From assembly GCA_045644045.1 (NCBI GenBank), contig JAZRGD010000117.1:3586-67585 (forward strand): a stretch of DNA of 64,000 bases, written 5' to 3'. The first letter of the stretch is position 1, and each line of letters opens with the position of its first letter. The notes beneath the pieces were generated by a model that worked only from the letters and a program-made list of their open reading frames with translations, ran no database searches and was not told where the DNA came from. The position numbers were made by a program, and so were the translations under genes. This DNA is from Eubacteriales bacterium (lineage in GTDB: Bacteria > Bacillota > Clostridia > Oscillospirales > CAG-272). Of this stretch, positions 55,981 through 64,000 are shown piece after piece.

Positions 55981-57000
55981 ATGTCTATACTCGTTACAGG
56001 CGGCACGGGCTTTATTGGCTCTCATACCGTCGTAGAGCTTTTAAATGTCAACAAAAAGGTCGTCATCGTAGACAACCTTAAAAATAGCAAAAGGTGCGTT
56101 CTTGATCGTATCGAAACCATCACGGGCAAGCGTCCTGATTTCCACTGTGTAGATCTTTTGGATAAGGATGCTCTTGACGGTGTATTTGCGCAGTACGATG
56201 ACATTGAAGCTGTGATCCACTTTGCCGGCCTCAAGGCAGTAGGTGAATCGGTAGAGAAGCCCCTGCTTTACTATCATAACAATCTGACGGGCACCTTTAA
56301 TCTGTTAGAGGTGATGGAAAAGCATGACGTAAACCGTATTGTATTCAGCTCCTCCGCCACGGTGTACGGTATGCCCAAAAGCGTTCCGATCTCCGAGGAT
56401 TTCGCTCTTTCTACCACCAATCCTTACGGCGAGACAAAGCTGATGATCGAGCGCATCCTAAAGGATGCTTGCCATGCGCGCCCATCACTCGCGGCTTGTG
56501 TTTTGCGTTATTTCAACCCTATTGGCGCACACGAGAGCGGCTTGATCGGTGAAGACCCTCGCGGTATTCCCAATAACCTTTTGCCTTACGTGGCAAAGGT
56601 TGCCGCCGGTAAGCTGCCTTGTCTCCGTGTGTTCGGCAATGACTATCCCACTCATGACGGCACAGGCGTGAGAGACTATATTCACGTGGTCGATCTGGCC
56701 ATTGCGCATCTTCGCGCCTTGGACAGAACGGAAAAGGCAAACGGTATTGAGTATTACAACATCGGTACCGGAACGGGCTATTCCGTTTTGCAGATCGTCA
56801 AGGCGTTTGGCGAGGCTTGGGGAAGCAAGATCCCCTACGAGATCGTCGAGCGCAGAAGCGGTGATATTGCCGAGTGCTACGCAAATCCCACAAAGGCTTA
56901 CGAGCTTCTCGGCTGGCGCGCTGAGCGCGACCTCGCAAAAATGTGCGAGGATGCTGCCAATTGGCAAAGAAAAAATCCCGACGGGTATCCCGATGACTAA
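55981..57000 (+). CDS. galE: UDP-glucose 4-epimerase
   Basis: [15 protein letters not shown] (GxxGxxG), SSSATVYG and YGETK (YxxxK). About 339 aa. AAGGAGA RBS. Confidence 0.9.
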   Translation: MSILVTGGTGFIGSHTVVELLNVNKKVVIVDNLKNSKRCVLDRIETITGKRPDFHCVDLLDKDALDGVFAQYDDIEAVIHFAGLKAVGESVEKPLLYYHNNLTGTFNLLEVMEKHDVNRIVFSSSATVYGMPKSVPISEDFALSTTNPYGETKLMIERILKDACHARPSLAACVLRYFNPIGAHESGLIGEDPRGIPNNLLPYVAKVAAGKLPCLRVFGNDYPTHDGTGVRDYIHVVDLAIAHLRALDRTEKANGIEYYNIGTGTGYSVLQIVKAFGEAWGSKIPYEIVERRSGDIAECYANPTKAYELLGWRAERDLAKMCEDAANWQRKNPDGYPDD

Positions 57001-57001
57001 T

Positions 57002-57036
57002 AAAAAAGTGCTTCGCTTTTGCGAAGCACTTTTTTG
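57002..57036 (+). terminator. intrinsic terminator after galE
   Basis: AAAAAGTGCTTCGC-TTTT-GCGAAGCACTTTTT perfect hairpin. Confidence 0.85.
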
Positions 57037-57123
57037 CTTAATATGACATTTCTGTCTCGGATTACCTTGTTTTTTTGTTAGAAAAAGAAGGATACTAATA
57101 GTATAAAAAAACAAGGAGAGTCT

Positions 57124-57885
57124 ATGAAAACAAGGGTTTCTTTTCTGATCTGTATTTTGCTTTTTGCTCTTTTTTCCCAATCCGTTACGGCGGAAAGCAC
57201 AGCAAAAAGCTGGTATATCAAAAGAGGGAAGGCTCACACGCCTCCTACTTCAGAGCTCAGCTCCATGCTGGGCGACAGTGCTTTCTATTTCAACGCATCG
57301 GCGGCAGATAGGGGAGACAAGGTCATCTACCTCACCTTTGACGTGGGGTATGAAAACGGAAACGTAGGTAAGGTTCTTGACATTTTAAAGGCAGAAGGGG
57401 CACAAGGCGCGTGTTTTCTTCTGTCCCACGTTATAAAGGCGGAGCCTGCCCTCATCTCGCGCATGGAAAAGGAGGGGCATTTACTGTGCAATCATACTGT
57501 CAGACATAAGGATATGAGTGGCTTTACGGCAGATGCGTTCAAAAAGGAATTAAAGGAGTTGGAGACAATATACAGCGAGGCGCGGGAGGGAAGAACACTT
57601 TCCCGTTTTTACAGACCGCCTGAAGGAAGGTTCAGCGCCGAAAATTTAAGCAACGCCAGGGAAATGGGGTACAAAACGGTATTCTGGAGCTTAGCTTATG
57701 CGGATTGGGATGACAAGATCGCCCCCTCCGACGAGAAAGCAAAGCAAATTTTAATGGACAATACGCATAACGGGGCTATTGTTTTGCTGCATCCTACCTC
57801 TGATATAAACGTACGAATCTTGCGCGATATGCTCACTTATTGGAAAAATCAGGGGTATCGCTTCGGTTCTTTAGAGGAATTATGA
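57124..57885 (+). CDS. pdaA: delta-lactam-biosynthetic de-N-acetylase-like polysaccharide deacetylase (PdaA-like)
   Basis: Signal peptide, then IYLTFDVGYENGNVGKVLDILK, GHLLCNHTVRH, RPPEGRFS, YKTVFWSLAYADW and GAIVLLHP. These align with my recollection of B. subtilis PdaA. Confidence 0.75.
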   Translation: MKTRVSFLICILLFALFSQSVTAESTAKSWYIKRGKAHTPPTSELSSMLGDSAFYFNASAADRGDKVIYLTFDVGYENGNVGKVLDILKAEGAQGACFLLSHVIKAEPALISRMEKEGHLLCNHTVRHKDMSGFTADAFKKELKELETIYSEAREGRTLSRFYRPPEGRFSAENLSNAREMGYKTVFWSLAYADWDDKIAPSDEKAKQILMDNTHNGAIVLLHPTSDINVRILRDMLTYWKNQGYRFGSLEEL

Positions 57886-58619
57886 GACGTAAACAAAAAC
57901 GTTGGACTGCGTTGGTGCTGTTTTTGTCATTGCTTCTTTGCGTGTTGTCTTTCCCCGGCAGTGCGCAAGAAGCCTTTTGCCACGGAACGCGGGAAAAGAG
58001 ATGCGTTGCCCTTACCTTTGATGACGGTCCGCATCCGCGATATACAGAAAAGATATTATCCATCTTAAAGCAATATGGGGTCAAGGCTACTTTTTTTATG
58101 ATAGGGAGCAACGTCGCACACTATCCGGACGTTGCCAGGGCAGTGCATGAGGAGGGACATGAGATCGGGTGTCATACCTACTCACACCCTCACATGAAAA
58201 ACCTATCGGTAAAGGAATTGTCCGTTGAACTGGACAAGTATGAGAGACTGTTTGATTCCTTGGCACTTCCCGATCCGGTTTTGTTTCGCCCACCGGAGGG
58301 CTTTCGCTCACAAGAGCAGGTTCGCTTATTGGAGGAAAGAGGGTATCACGTGGTCATTTGGAGCTTTGATCCGAAGGACTGGCGCGGCACCCCCTCATCT
58401 CAAATGGTATCCGGTGCTTTGTCAGGAGTGCGTGGCGGTGATATTCTTTTGTTTCACGACTATATATCCGGGCAGAACAATACAATAGCCGCCATCGAGC
58501 AGTTGATTCCCAAGCTGCTGGAAAGCGGCTATCAATTCGTAACGGTATCCGAGCTGATGTTGGAGACAAAGGGTCAAGCGGTGGGGGCTTCCGCCTTTTC
58601 CGCTTGCTCCTTTTGGTAA
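57882..58619 (+). CDS. polysaccharide deacetylase (NodB homology domain) family protein
   Basis: Signal/anchor, VALTFDDGPHP, HEIGCHTYSHPHM, FRPPEG and GDILLFHD NodB motifs. ATGA overlap with the pdaA-like gene. Confidence 0.8.
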   Translation: MRRKQKRWTALVLFLSLLLCVLSFPGSAQEAFCHGTREKRCVALTFDDGPHPRYTEKILSILKQYGVKATFFMIGSNVAHYPDVARAVHEEGHEIGCHTYSHPHMKNLSVKELSVELDKYERLFDSLALPDPVLFRPPEGFRSQEQVRLLEERGYHVVIWSFDPKDWRGTPSSQMVSGALSGVRGGDILLFHDYISGQNNTIAAIEQLIPKLLESGYQFVTVSELMLETKGQAVGASAFSACSFW

Positions 58620-59554
58620 GGATCGATCATGATCTCCTTGATTTTGAAATATGCGGCGTACGTGCTCATATAAGCACCGTTGGCAAAGAGGATCAACAGG
58701 GGAAGGACGATCGCCAAAGCCAGCATGACACCGGAGTAGGCAAGCACCACGGTGATGAACAGGAGCAGCACTTTACCAAGGAATGCGAGGAAATTGCGCT
58801 TAAAACCAATGATGGAAAAGATCAACGCATTTTTAAGGATCTTATAGATCGACAGCTCAAAGGTGATCATTTGCAGATAGATATAAGCGCGCATGGCTAA
58901 ATAGAGAAGACCGAACACGATATTCAACCAAAACAAAATGCCGTTAAAGAACCCACCGCCTTGGCTGAGGATCATCACGTTATAAGGGATCAGAACGATA
59001 AGCAAGAGATCAATAATACCGAAGAAAAAGCCTTGTTTGAAATTGCGGCGGATGGCATACCAAAAATCGCTCCACATGAAGACAGGCTCTCCCTTTACCA
59101 TGTTGCGCAAAATATAGGTAGTTCCCACGTTCACGCACCCAAAGGTAAAGAACATCAGTGCTCCAAGTCCAAAAAACAGGTAGGTTATGGGAGTGTAGGC
59201 ACTTCCGGTCCCTATGCTCCCCAAAATACCGTTTAGAGCCAACATGGGTGCGGAATAGCCCTCGATCTCCAGCATCCCGGCAAAAACGCCGTACGCGTCG
59301 TTGGTGGGATGAACGAAATCGTTACTGACCAAGCCGCTCAGTGCCAATATCAAAAAGAGAGCGGGAAAGTTTCCCAAAACCATGAATATGTTGACCGATA
59401 ACAAGCGAGTAAAATCTCGTTTGTATAAGATAAAGAATTTTTTGAGATAGGGAGGTAGATTTGCCTCCTCCTTGCTTACGCCCTTTCCTTCGCGTTGCGA
59501 ATCAAAAAGCTTAAAGCGTTTCTTTTTCGTTTTGTTGTTTTCTTCGTCGTGCAT
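58574..59554 (-). CDS. hypothetical polytopic membrane protein (possibly YesL/DUF624-like)
   Basis: About 326 aa with 6 or more hydrophobic segments after a Lys-rich N-tail. ATG at 59554 is preceded by GGTGAGGA. The 3' end overlaps the convergent deacetylase gene by 46 nt. Confidence 0.5.
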   Translation of the reverse strand: MHDEENNKTKKKRFKLFDSQREGKGVSKEEANLPPYLKKFFILYKRDFTRLLSVNIFMVLGNFPALFLILALSGLVSNDFVHPTNDAYGVFAGMLEIEGYSAPMLALNGILGSIGTGSAYTPITYLFFGLGALMFFTFGCVNVGTTYILRNMVKGEPVFMWSDFWYAIRRNFKQGFFFGIIDLLLIVLIPYNVMILSQGGGFFNGILFWLNIVFGLLYLAMRAYIYLQMITFELSIYKILKNALIFSIIGFKRNFLAFLGKVLLLFITVVLAYSGVMLALAIVLPLLILFANGAYMSTYAAYFKIKEIMIDPYQKEQAEKAEAPTA

Positions 59555-59674
59555 AGCATCCTCACCGAACAATATGATCTATATTATTTTACCATCTTTT
59601 TTCGTTAATTGCAAGAACATATCATAAACTTTCACAGAATAGTTCAACTTTTATTTCTTAAAAGAGCAATTTTG

Positions 59675-59703
59675 TTGACATTAGCGGTTCTGTATGGTAA
59701 AAT
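59675..59703 (+). promoter_or_regulatory. sigma-A promoter for the GNAT gene
   Basis: TTGACA (59675-59680), 17-nt spacer, TGg-TAAAAT (-10 at 59698-59703). Confidence 0.65.
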
Positions 59704-59733
59704 AAGGATAGCTTATACCGCTTGGAGGACGCC

Positions 59734-60315
59734 ATGACGCTTGAGGCATTACATAAGATCTTTACTCATATTCCCGCCCTGGAGACGGAAAGGATGATTT
59801 TACGCCGTATTTTGCCGGAGGATGCCGCCGATATGTACGACTATTCCCGCAATGATACCGTTACTAAGTATTTACTATGGGAAACCCATCCTGCCGAGGA
59901 TTATACAAAGAATTATATCGGTTATTTACAAGAAAGATATGACCTTGGAGATTTCTACGATTGGGCGCTGGTGGACCGTTCCACGGAGAAAATGATCGGG
60001 TCTTGTGGGTTTACGACGATCGATCTTCCCAATAATTCTGCCGAAATAGGGTACGTCCTTCATCCCGATTTTTGGGGAAAAGGATATATGACCGAAGCGG
60101 TCAAGGCGGTTTTGGATTTCGGTTTTCAAAGGCTGATGCTGTCTCGCATTTCTGCCGTCTGCATGAAAGAGAACAAAGCCAGTCTGCGCGTCATGGAAAA
60201 GTGTGGCATGACCTGCGAGGGTCTCTTAAGGCAGGCTGTCTACGCAAAAGGACGTCACCGCGACGTGTATCTTGCCGCAATTACCGAAATTGACTACTAT
60301 AACGCCCTTCAATAA
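59734..60315 (+). CDS. GNAT family N-acetyltransferase (RimJ/RimL-like)
   Basis: [15 protein letters not shown]..., [18 protein letters not shown] and the acetyl-CoA binding region. ATG after GGAGG. Confidence 0.8.
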   Translation: MTLEALHKIFTHIPALETERMILRRILPEDAADMYDYSRNDTVTKYLLWETHPAEDYTKNYIGYLQERYDLGDFYDWALVDRSTEKMIGSCGFTTIDLPNNSAEIGYVLHPDFWGKGYMTEAVKAVLDFGFQRLMLSRISAVCMKENKASLRVMEKCGMTCEGLLRQAVYAKGRHRDVYLAAITEIDYYNALQ

Positions 60316-61082
60316 AGCTTATACTTCAGACGGAGATTGTCAGCGATCATGGCGATAAATTCGCTATTCGTAGGCTTTCCACGGTTATTTTGGATCGTAT
60401 AGCCAAAATACGAGTTTAACGTATCGATGTCCCCTCTGTCCCAAGCCACCTCTATGGCGTGTCGGATCGCTCTTTCCACACGCGACGTAGTGGTGGCATA
60501 TTTTTTCGCGACGGAAGGATAGAGTATCTTTGTTACGGAATTGATGATCTCATTGTCTTCAATGGTCATCAGGATAGCACAGCGAAGATATTGATACCCT
60601 TTAATATGAGCAGGAACGCCAATTTGGTGAATGATCTTTGTGACCTGTGATTCTATGTCGAGCTTTCCCTCGCGTCCCGTTTCGCCCATGGCGTTACCTC
60701 GTTTCGCGAGTAAGGCCTCTACGTGCAGCGCGAGACTTGCTAAGTCTAAAGGCTTTTTCAGACAAATGTCCGCACCTGCGCGTACCCCTTCCACAAACAA
60801 GCTGTTGCCTGACACGAGTGAGGTTAAAATAAAGAAGGGAGACGGACACTCCGCTTGCCACGTTTCTTTCACTTTTCTGATGACTCCCACACCGTCAAGG
60901 CGTGCAAGCCAAGTGTCAATAATAACCACGTCCGGGCGCACGCGGTTGATTTTGAGAAACGCATCCTCGCCGTTTGCCGCTTCATCAATGCTGTGGTATC
61001 CGCTATGTAGTAAATAGTCCCGAATTCTTTTTCTTTCCTCCGCTCCTTCTTCCGCTATCAGAATTTTTGCTGTTTTTTCCAT
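60309..61082 (-). CDS. spo0A: sporulation transcription factor Spo0A
   Basis: 257 aa. Receiver domain with D56 (VVIIDTW), T (FILTS) and K (CLKKP). The C-terminal domain [20 protein letters not shown]...[32 protein letters not shown]...[14 protein letters not shown] is diagnostic of Spo0A. Confidence 0.95.
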   Translation of the reverse strand: MEKTAKILIAEEGAEERKRIRDYLLHSGYHSIDEAANGEDAFLKINRVRPDVVIIDTWLARLDGVGVIRKVKETWQAECPSPFFILTSLVSGNSLFVEGVRAGADICLKKPLDLASLALHVEALLAKRGNAMGETGREGKLDIESQVTKIIHQIGVPAHIKGYQYLRCAILMTIEDNEIINSVTKILYPSVAKKYATTTSRVERAIRHAIEVAWDRGDIDTLNSYFGYTIQNNRGKPTNSEFIAMIADNLRLKYKLY

Positions 61083-61124
61083 TTTTTCTCTCCTTTTTAA
61101 TTGGTAATTTCTGGAAGCTATTAT

Positions 61125-61153
61125 ATTCTATCAGAAATACCAAAAAATGTCAA
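61125..61153 (-). promoter_or_regulatory. sigma-A type promoter upstream of spo0A
   Basis: On the minus strand: TTGACA (61153-61148), 17-nt spacer, TAGAAT (61130-61125), about 43 nt before the ATG. Confidence 0.6.
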
Positions 61154-61228
61154 TCATAATAATGGAAAAATATGGTACAAATTTCAGCCACTCATTTTGG
61201 TAAAAAGCACCAATTTTCGCAAAAAGGC

Positions 61229-61270
61229 AAAAAATGACCCTTTTCCTCCATAATGAAGCAAAAGGGTCAT
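61229..61270 (-). terminator. intrinsic terminator after the ABC ATPase gene
   Basis: ATGACCCTTT-loop-AAAGGGTCAT hairpin immediately after the stop codon, followed by a U-run on the minus strand. Confidence 0.8.
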
Positions 61271-61274
61271 TTTT

Positions 61275-61964
61275 TTATTTGGGCTTCGTATGATGCAGAA
61301 TACCGTTTTCCATATACAGAATACGGTCGGCCTTTGCCGCGATCTGCGGGTCGTGAGTGACCATCATAAGAGTTTGTCCGAATTCCTCCCGCGTTTTTAG
61401 CAACAGTGCCAGGACCTCGTCCGCATTGGCGCGGTCCAGGTTACCTGTAGGCTCGTCGGCAAACAGGATCTGCGGACGGTTCACCAAGGCGCGCGCAATG
61501 GCAACGCGCTGCTGTTGTCCGCCTGACAGCTCGTCGGGAAGGTGATGGAGTCTATCGCTGATCTTTAAGGTGTCGGTGAGCTTTTTCAAGCTGTGCTCAT
61601 AGCTGTAATCACTCTTTTTCATCATCAAGGCGGGCATCGTAATGTTTTCAAGAGCGGTAAATTGGGGAATCAGATTGTGCTTCTGAAAGATCATACCGAT
61701 GTATTGACCGCGAAACGACGCCAATGCGTCGGGCGACATGGAGGTGATCTCGTTACCCCTGATGCGTATAGAACCTGAGTTGGGACGCAAAAGTCCCGCG
61801 CAAAGGTGTAGGAAGGTAGATTTACCCGAGCCGGACGTACCCATGATCGCCACGAATTCGCCATCCTCAACGCGCAAGGAAGCACGGTCTACCGCCGTAA
61901 CGACGGCATCGGATTGTTTATAGAGCTTAATGAGATCGGTGACCTCTAAAATAGGACTTGCCAT
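61275..61964 (-). CDS. ABC transporter ATP-binding protein (MacB/LolD/FtsE-like)
   Basis: GTSGSGKST Walker [16 protein letters not shown] signature and [12 protein letters not shown] Walker B. ATG at 61964 follows AGGAAAGGAAAAAAT. The upstream extension to 62117 is rejected. Confidence 0.9.
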   Translation of the reverse strand: MASPILEVTDLIKLYKQSDAVVTAVDRASLRVEDGEFVAIMGTSGSGKSTFLHLCAGLLRPNSGSIRIRGNEITSMSPDALASFRGQYIGMIFQKHNLIPQFTALENITMPALMMKKSDYSYEHSLKKLTDTLKISDRLHHLPDELSGGQQQRVAIARALVNRPQILFADEPTGNLDRANADEVLALLLKTREEFGQTLMMVTHDPQIAAKADRILYMENGILHHTKPK

Positions 61965-61987
61965 ATTTTTTCCTTTCCTATACTGTA

Positions 61988-64000
61988 TTACGAGGCGTCG
62001 GTGAAATCCGCGGCGGCTCTTTCCGAAACGTAGCGCCTGTGCCAAGTTAAATAAGGGAGAAGCGCAGAAAGAAGAGAAGAGATCAGCGTGACACCAAGAC
62101 AGAGAATAAATACCCAAACAGGCGGCGTGGTCTCACGCAATACGTCACCGCCAATGGAAAGCACGTTTGGCAAGAAGCGCTCGACAAAGAGATAGACGAG
62201 AAGGGAAGCGAGCAACGACAGTAGCGTTGAGAAAATTCCAATCGGTATTTGTACAAGGCAACCGCTCAAAAACAGGGAACGGATCCGAGCGGGCGATGCG
62301 GAAATAGCGCTAAGGACGTAAAATTCGTTTTCTCTTCTGCGGAAGAAAAGCGCTTGGGAATAAAACCAATGCAAGGGCACAAAGCAAAGAAATGCCAAAC
62401 CGGCAATTGGTAAAAATCTGTCGTAACAGAATTGAGACGTGACAGTATCGTAAAATCTTGTGTGATAAGTGTGTACGGTACCGTTTCCAAGCTTGGTGGC
62501 GATCTGCCTCAAATATCCCTCCGTGGTCGTCAGCTCATCAAAGGAAATGTCCTCCTCCGCATAGACCAAAAGAGAATCGGAGACGGGCGCGGTACAGGTA
62601 ATCGCCTCGTACATCTCACTATTTAACACCACGGGAACGCCTTGCACACCACTGGGGAAATCCTCAATGATCGCAACGATGGTGAAGCTCTCGTATCGCA
62701 TAGAAAGCTTTTCGTATTGCTGTTCCCACAAAGAAACGGATTTTGCCGTTTCCTCAATAGGTCCCTTTCCCTCAACACGAATAGGTTCGCCTTTTTCGTC
62801 CAGCTCCGGGAATGCAATTTGAACGGTGTCACCGATCTCAAAAGAAAACGCGTCGCGGTTTTGGTATGTAGCTCCAATGATAATGTTGTTTTTGTCTTCC
62901 GACAGCGCACCCACGTCACCTCTTACGGTGTAGGTCTCGCCAATAAACTCGGCTAAATTTTTGCTGCTGGGAGAACCGAAGAAAAGTGCGTCTCCCGTAT
63001 AGAACACTCCCTTTTCCGCATCCTCGGCCAACCCGCCGCCGGTGGCTATATTCTTGTCGTTGATCATCAGCAGGGAAGCGATCAGCTCTGCTCTTTGGGT
63101 GGAGTAGGATGCGTGAATACGTTCCACTCCGTCAGCCTGCTCAAAAATATCTATGTATTTTTCATCAGAAATGCTGCTATTGGAGAAGTTGATCGAAAAA
63201 TCGTAATCCGTTTTTCGCTGAATATCGGCATTGTTTTGATACATCGCCGAGAAATAAAACCCAAGAACAAACAGTACACACAACAACGCCGAGGGGACTG
63301 CCAGGGAAATGTGATGTTTTTTGAAGCGCCAAGCGGAAATGAACTCATACCCGACAGGAAATTTTCGTTTCAACAGATCAAGAGAACGGTCGGGGGAAGA
63401 AACGAGATTGGCGTTATTGGTGGAGGTGATCAGCTTCATCGGCTCCATTCTCGTTGCGTGTACGATCGGAATGGTGACGGCAAATGCCAGGATAACAAAG
63501 GTGATCGCAACGGCCAAAAGCCACATTCTTATATTGATGATCGAAAAAGAGAAGGAAACGTCGTTCCCCGTATAGACCAGCCTGCAGATCAGAGCGGAAA
63601 TAAAATAAGAGGGAAGAAGCAGTAGCACCGCCATCAACGTCATTTCAGTCAGCGCGTGTGAGCATATAGTGCGCGTTGTGCCACCGAAAGCACCGTACAG
63701 ACCGTACAAATGCTTTTCATTTTGCGTATAAATGGAATAAAAGGAGGTCAAAACTAAAACGGAAACGAGAGAGAGAAGAAGAAGCGTTACGTTACGTTTT
63801 GCTTTGATCGCGGAGACCTCATCCTCCTCCGCGAACAGTGGTGTTTCGGTTACTGCCAGGTTTTTACTCTCAAAAATATTACTATGTCGAATTCGCATCG
63901 CTTCATAATTTACATCCAGAGAGTCATCAATGAAGGGGGTGAATATTCCATTCTCCTTGTTTCCCGTCATCAATTTTACGTAAACGGCATACGTAGGATC
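61988..64000 (-). CDS. FtsX-like ABC transporter permease, 5'-truncated by the window edge
   Basis: Two FtsX-type TM bundles separated by a large extracytoplasmic domain. The reading frame stays open upstream of the listed start (TTG 63973) to position 64000, and the first visible TM bundle looks like the end of an FtsX domain. The true N-terminus probably lies outside the window. Confidence 0.75.
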   Translation of the reverse strand, partial: DPTYAVYVKLMTGNKENGIFTPFIDDSLDVNYEAMRIRHSNIFESKNLAVTETPLFAEEDEVSAIKAKRNVTLLLLSLVSVLVLTSFYSIYTQNEKHLYGLYGAFGGTTRTICSHALTEMTLMAVLLLLPSYFISALICRLVYTGNDVSFSFSIINIRMWLLAVAITFVILAFAVTIPIVHATRMEPMKLITSTNNANLVSSPDRSLDLLKRKFPVGYEFISAWRFKKHHISLAVPSALLCVLFVLGFYFSAMYQNNADIQRKTDYDFSINFSNSSISDEKYIDIFEQADGVERIHASYSTQRAELIASLLMINDKNIATGGGLAEDAEKGVFYTGDALFFGSPSSKNLAEFIGETYTVRGDVGALSEDKNNIIIGATYQNRDAFSFEIGDTVQIAFPELDEKGEPIRVEGKGPIEETAKSVSLWEQQYEKLSMRYESFTIVAIIEDFPSGVQGVPVVLNSEMYEAITCTAPVSDSLLVYAEEDISFDELTTTEGYLRQIATKLGNGTVHTYHTRFYDTVTSQFCYDRFLPIAGLAFLCFVPLHWFYSQALFFRRRENEFYVLSAISASPARIRSLFLSGCLVQIPIGIFSTLLSLLASLLVYLFVERFLPNVLSIGGDVLRETTPPVWVFILCLGVTLISSLLSALLPYLTWHRRYVSERAAADFTDAS

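Noticed and set aside
57037-57123. Possible forespore (sigma-G/F) promoter for the pdaA-like gene (GATACTAAT near 57091-57099).
   Set aside because: There is a single partial -10-like match with no convincing -35. It cannot be supported by eye.
61083-61274. Search for Spo0A boxes (TGTCGAA/TTCGACA) and a sigma-H promoter upstream of spo0A.
   Set aside because: Only imperfect matches were found (for example TTGCGAA on the minus strand near 61215-61221) and no AGGA-type -35 element. This is too weak to call without a PWM scan.
1-64000. Looked for mobile elements, prophage genes, defence systems, toxin-antitoxin pairs, CRISPR repeats, tRNA/rRNA genes and long direct or inverted repeats.
   Set aside because: None were found. 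Every spacer longer than 100 nt is accounted for by promoters, leaders or terminators, and gene content and synteny are those of a conserved core region. A computational repeat, tRNA and Rfam scan would be needed to exclude small elements.

Overview
This window looks like a core-chromosome segment of a spore-forming Firmicute, Clostridia-like and moderately GC-rich by eye. It is densely packed with about 62 protein genes on both strands. Nearly all are housekeeping or sporulation genes arranged in Bacillus/Clostridium-type conserved blocks. The main blocks are: apgM and rplS; a HIT gene, an FkbM-type methyltransferase, a U32 gene and uppP; tmcAL divergent from ackA; coaE, an M18 aminopeptidase, prfA, sua5 and a parC-like gene; a sugar ABC importer; spoIIID, rluB, dacB, ytfJ, ytfI, scpB, scpA, an M50 protease, ysxC and lon; infC-rpmI-rplT; dprA-topA-trmFO-plsX-rnc-smc-ftsY-rdgB-yhbY-nadD-yqeK-LCP-rsfS-leuS; rplU-prp-rpmA; an NTP-transferase with galE; two NodB deacetylases (the first pdaA-like); a GNAT gene; spo0A; and a MacB/FtsX-type ABC exporter. 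I found no rRNA, tRNA, CRISPR array, transposase, integrase, phage gene or long repeat. Several sigma-A promoters are visible (TTGACA, 17-nt spacer, TAnAAT, often with a TGn extension), along with intrinsic terminators and three ribosomal-protein leader regions, of which the infC/L20 attenuator is the clearest. All three stop codons are used, so the standard bacterial code applies. I do not see convincing evidence for a new multi-gene system such as a defence or mobile island. The most interesting leads are: (1) an FkbM-type methyltransferase translationally coupled to a U32 (TrhP/RlhA-like) Fe-S protein; (2) a divergent pair made of an orphan P-loop NTPase and a three-domain GH32-like protein with a degenerate catalytic triad; (3) Spo0A with Glu-Glu instead of Asp-Asp in the receiver acidic pocket; (4) RF1 with Gln replacing the conserved His of the GRIHTS decoding motif. 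All product calls rest on my recognition of motifs and synteny in the supplied translations. No database search was run.
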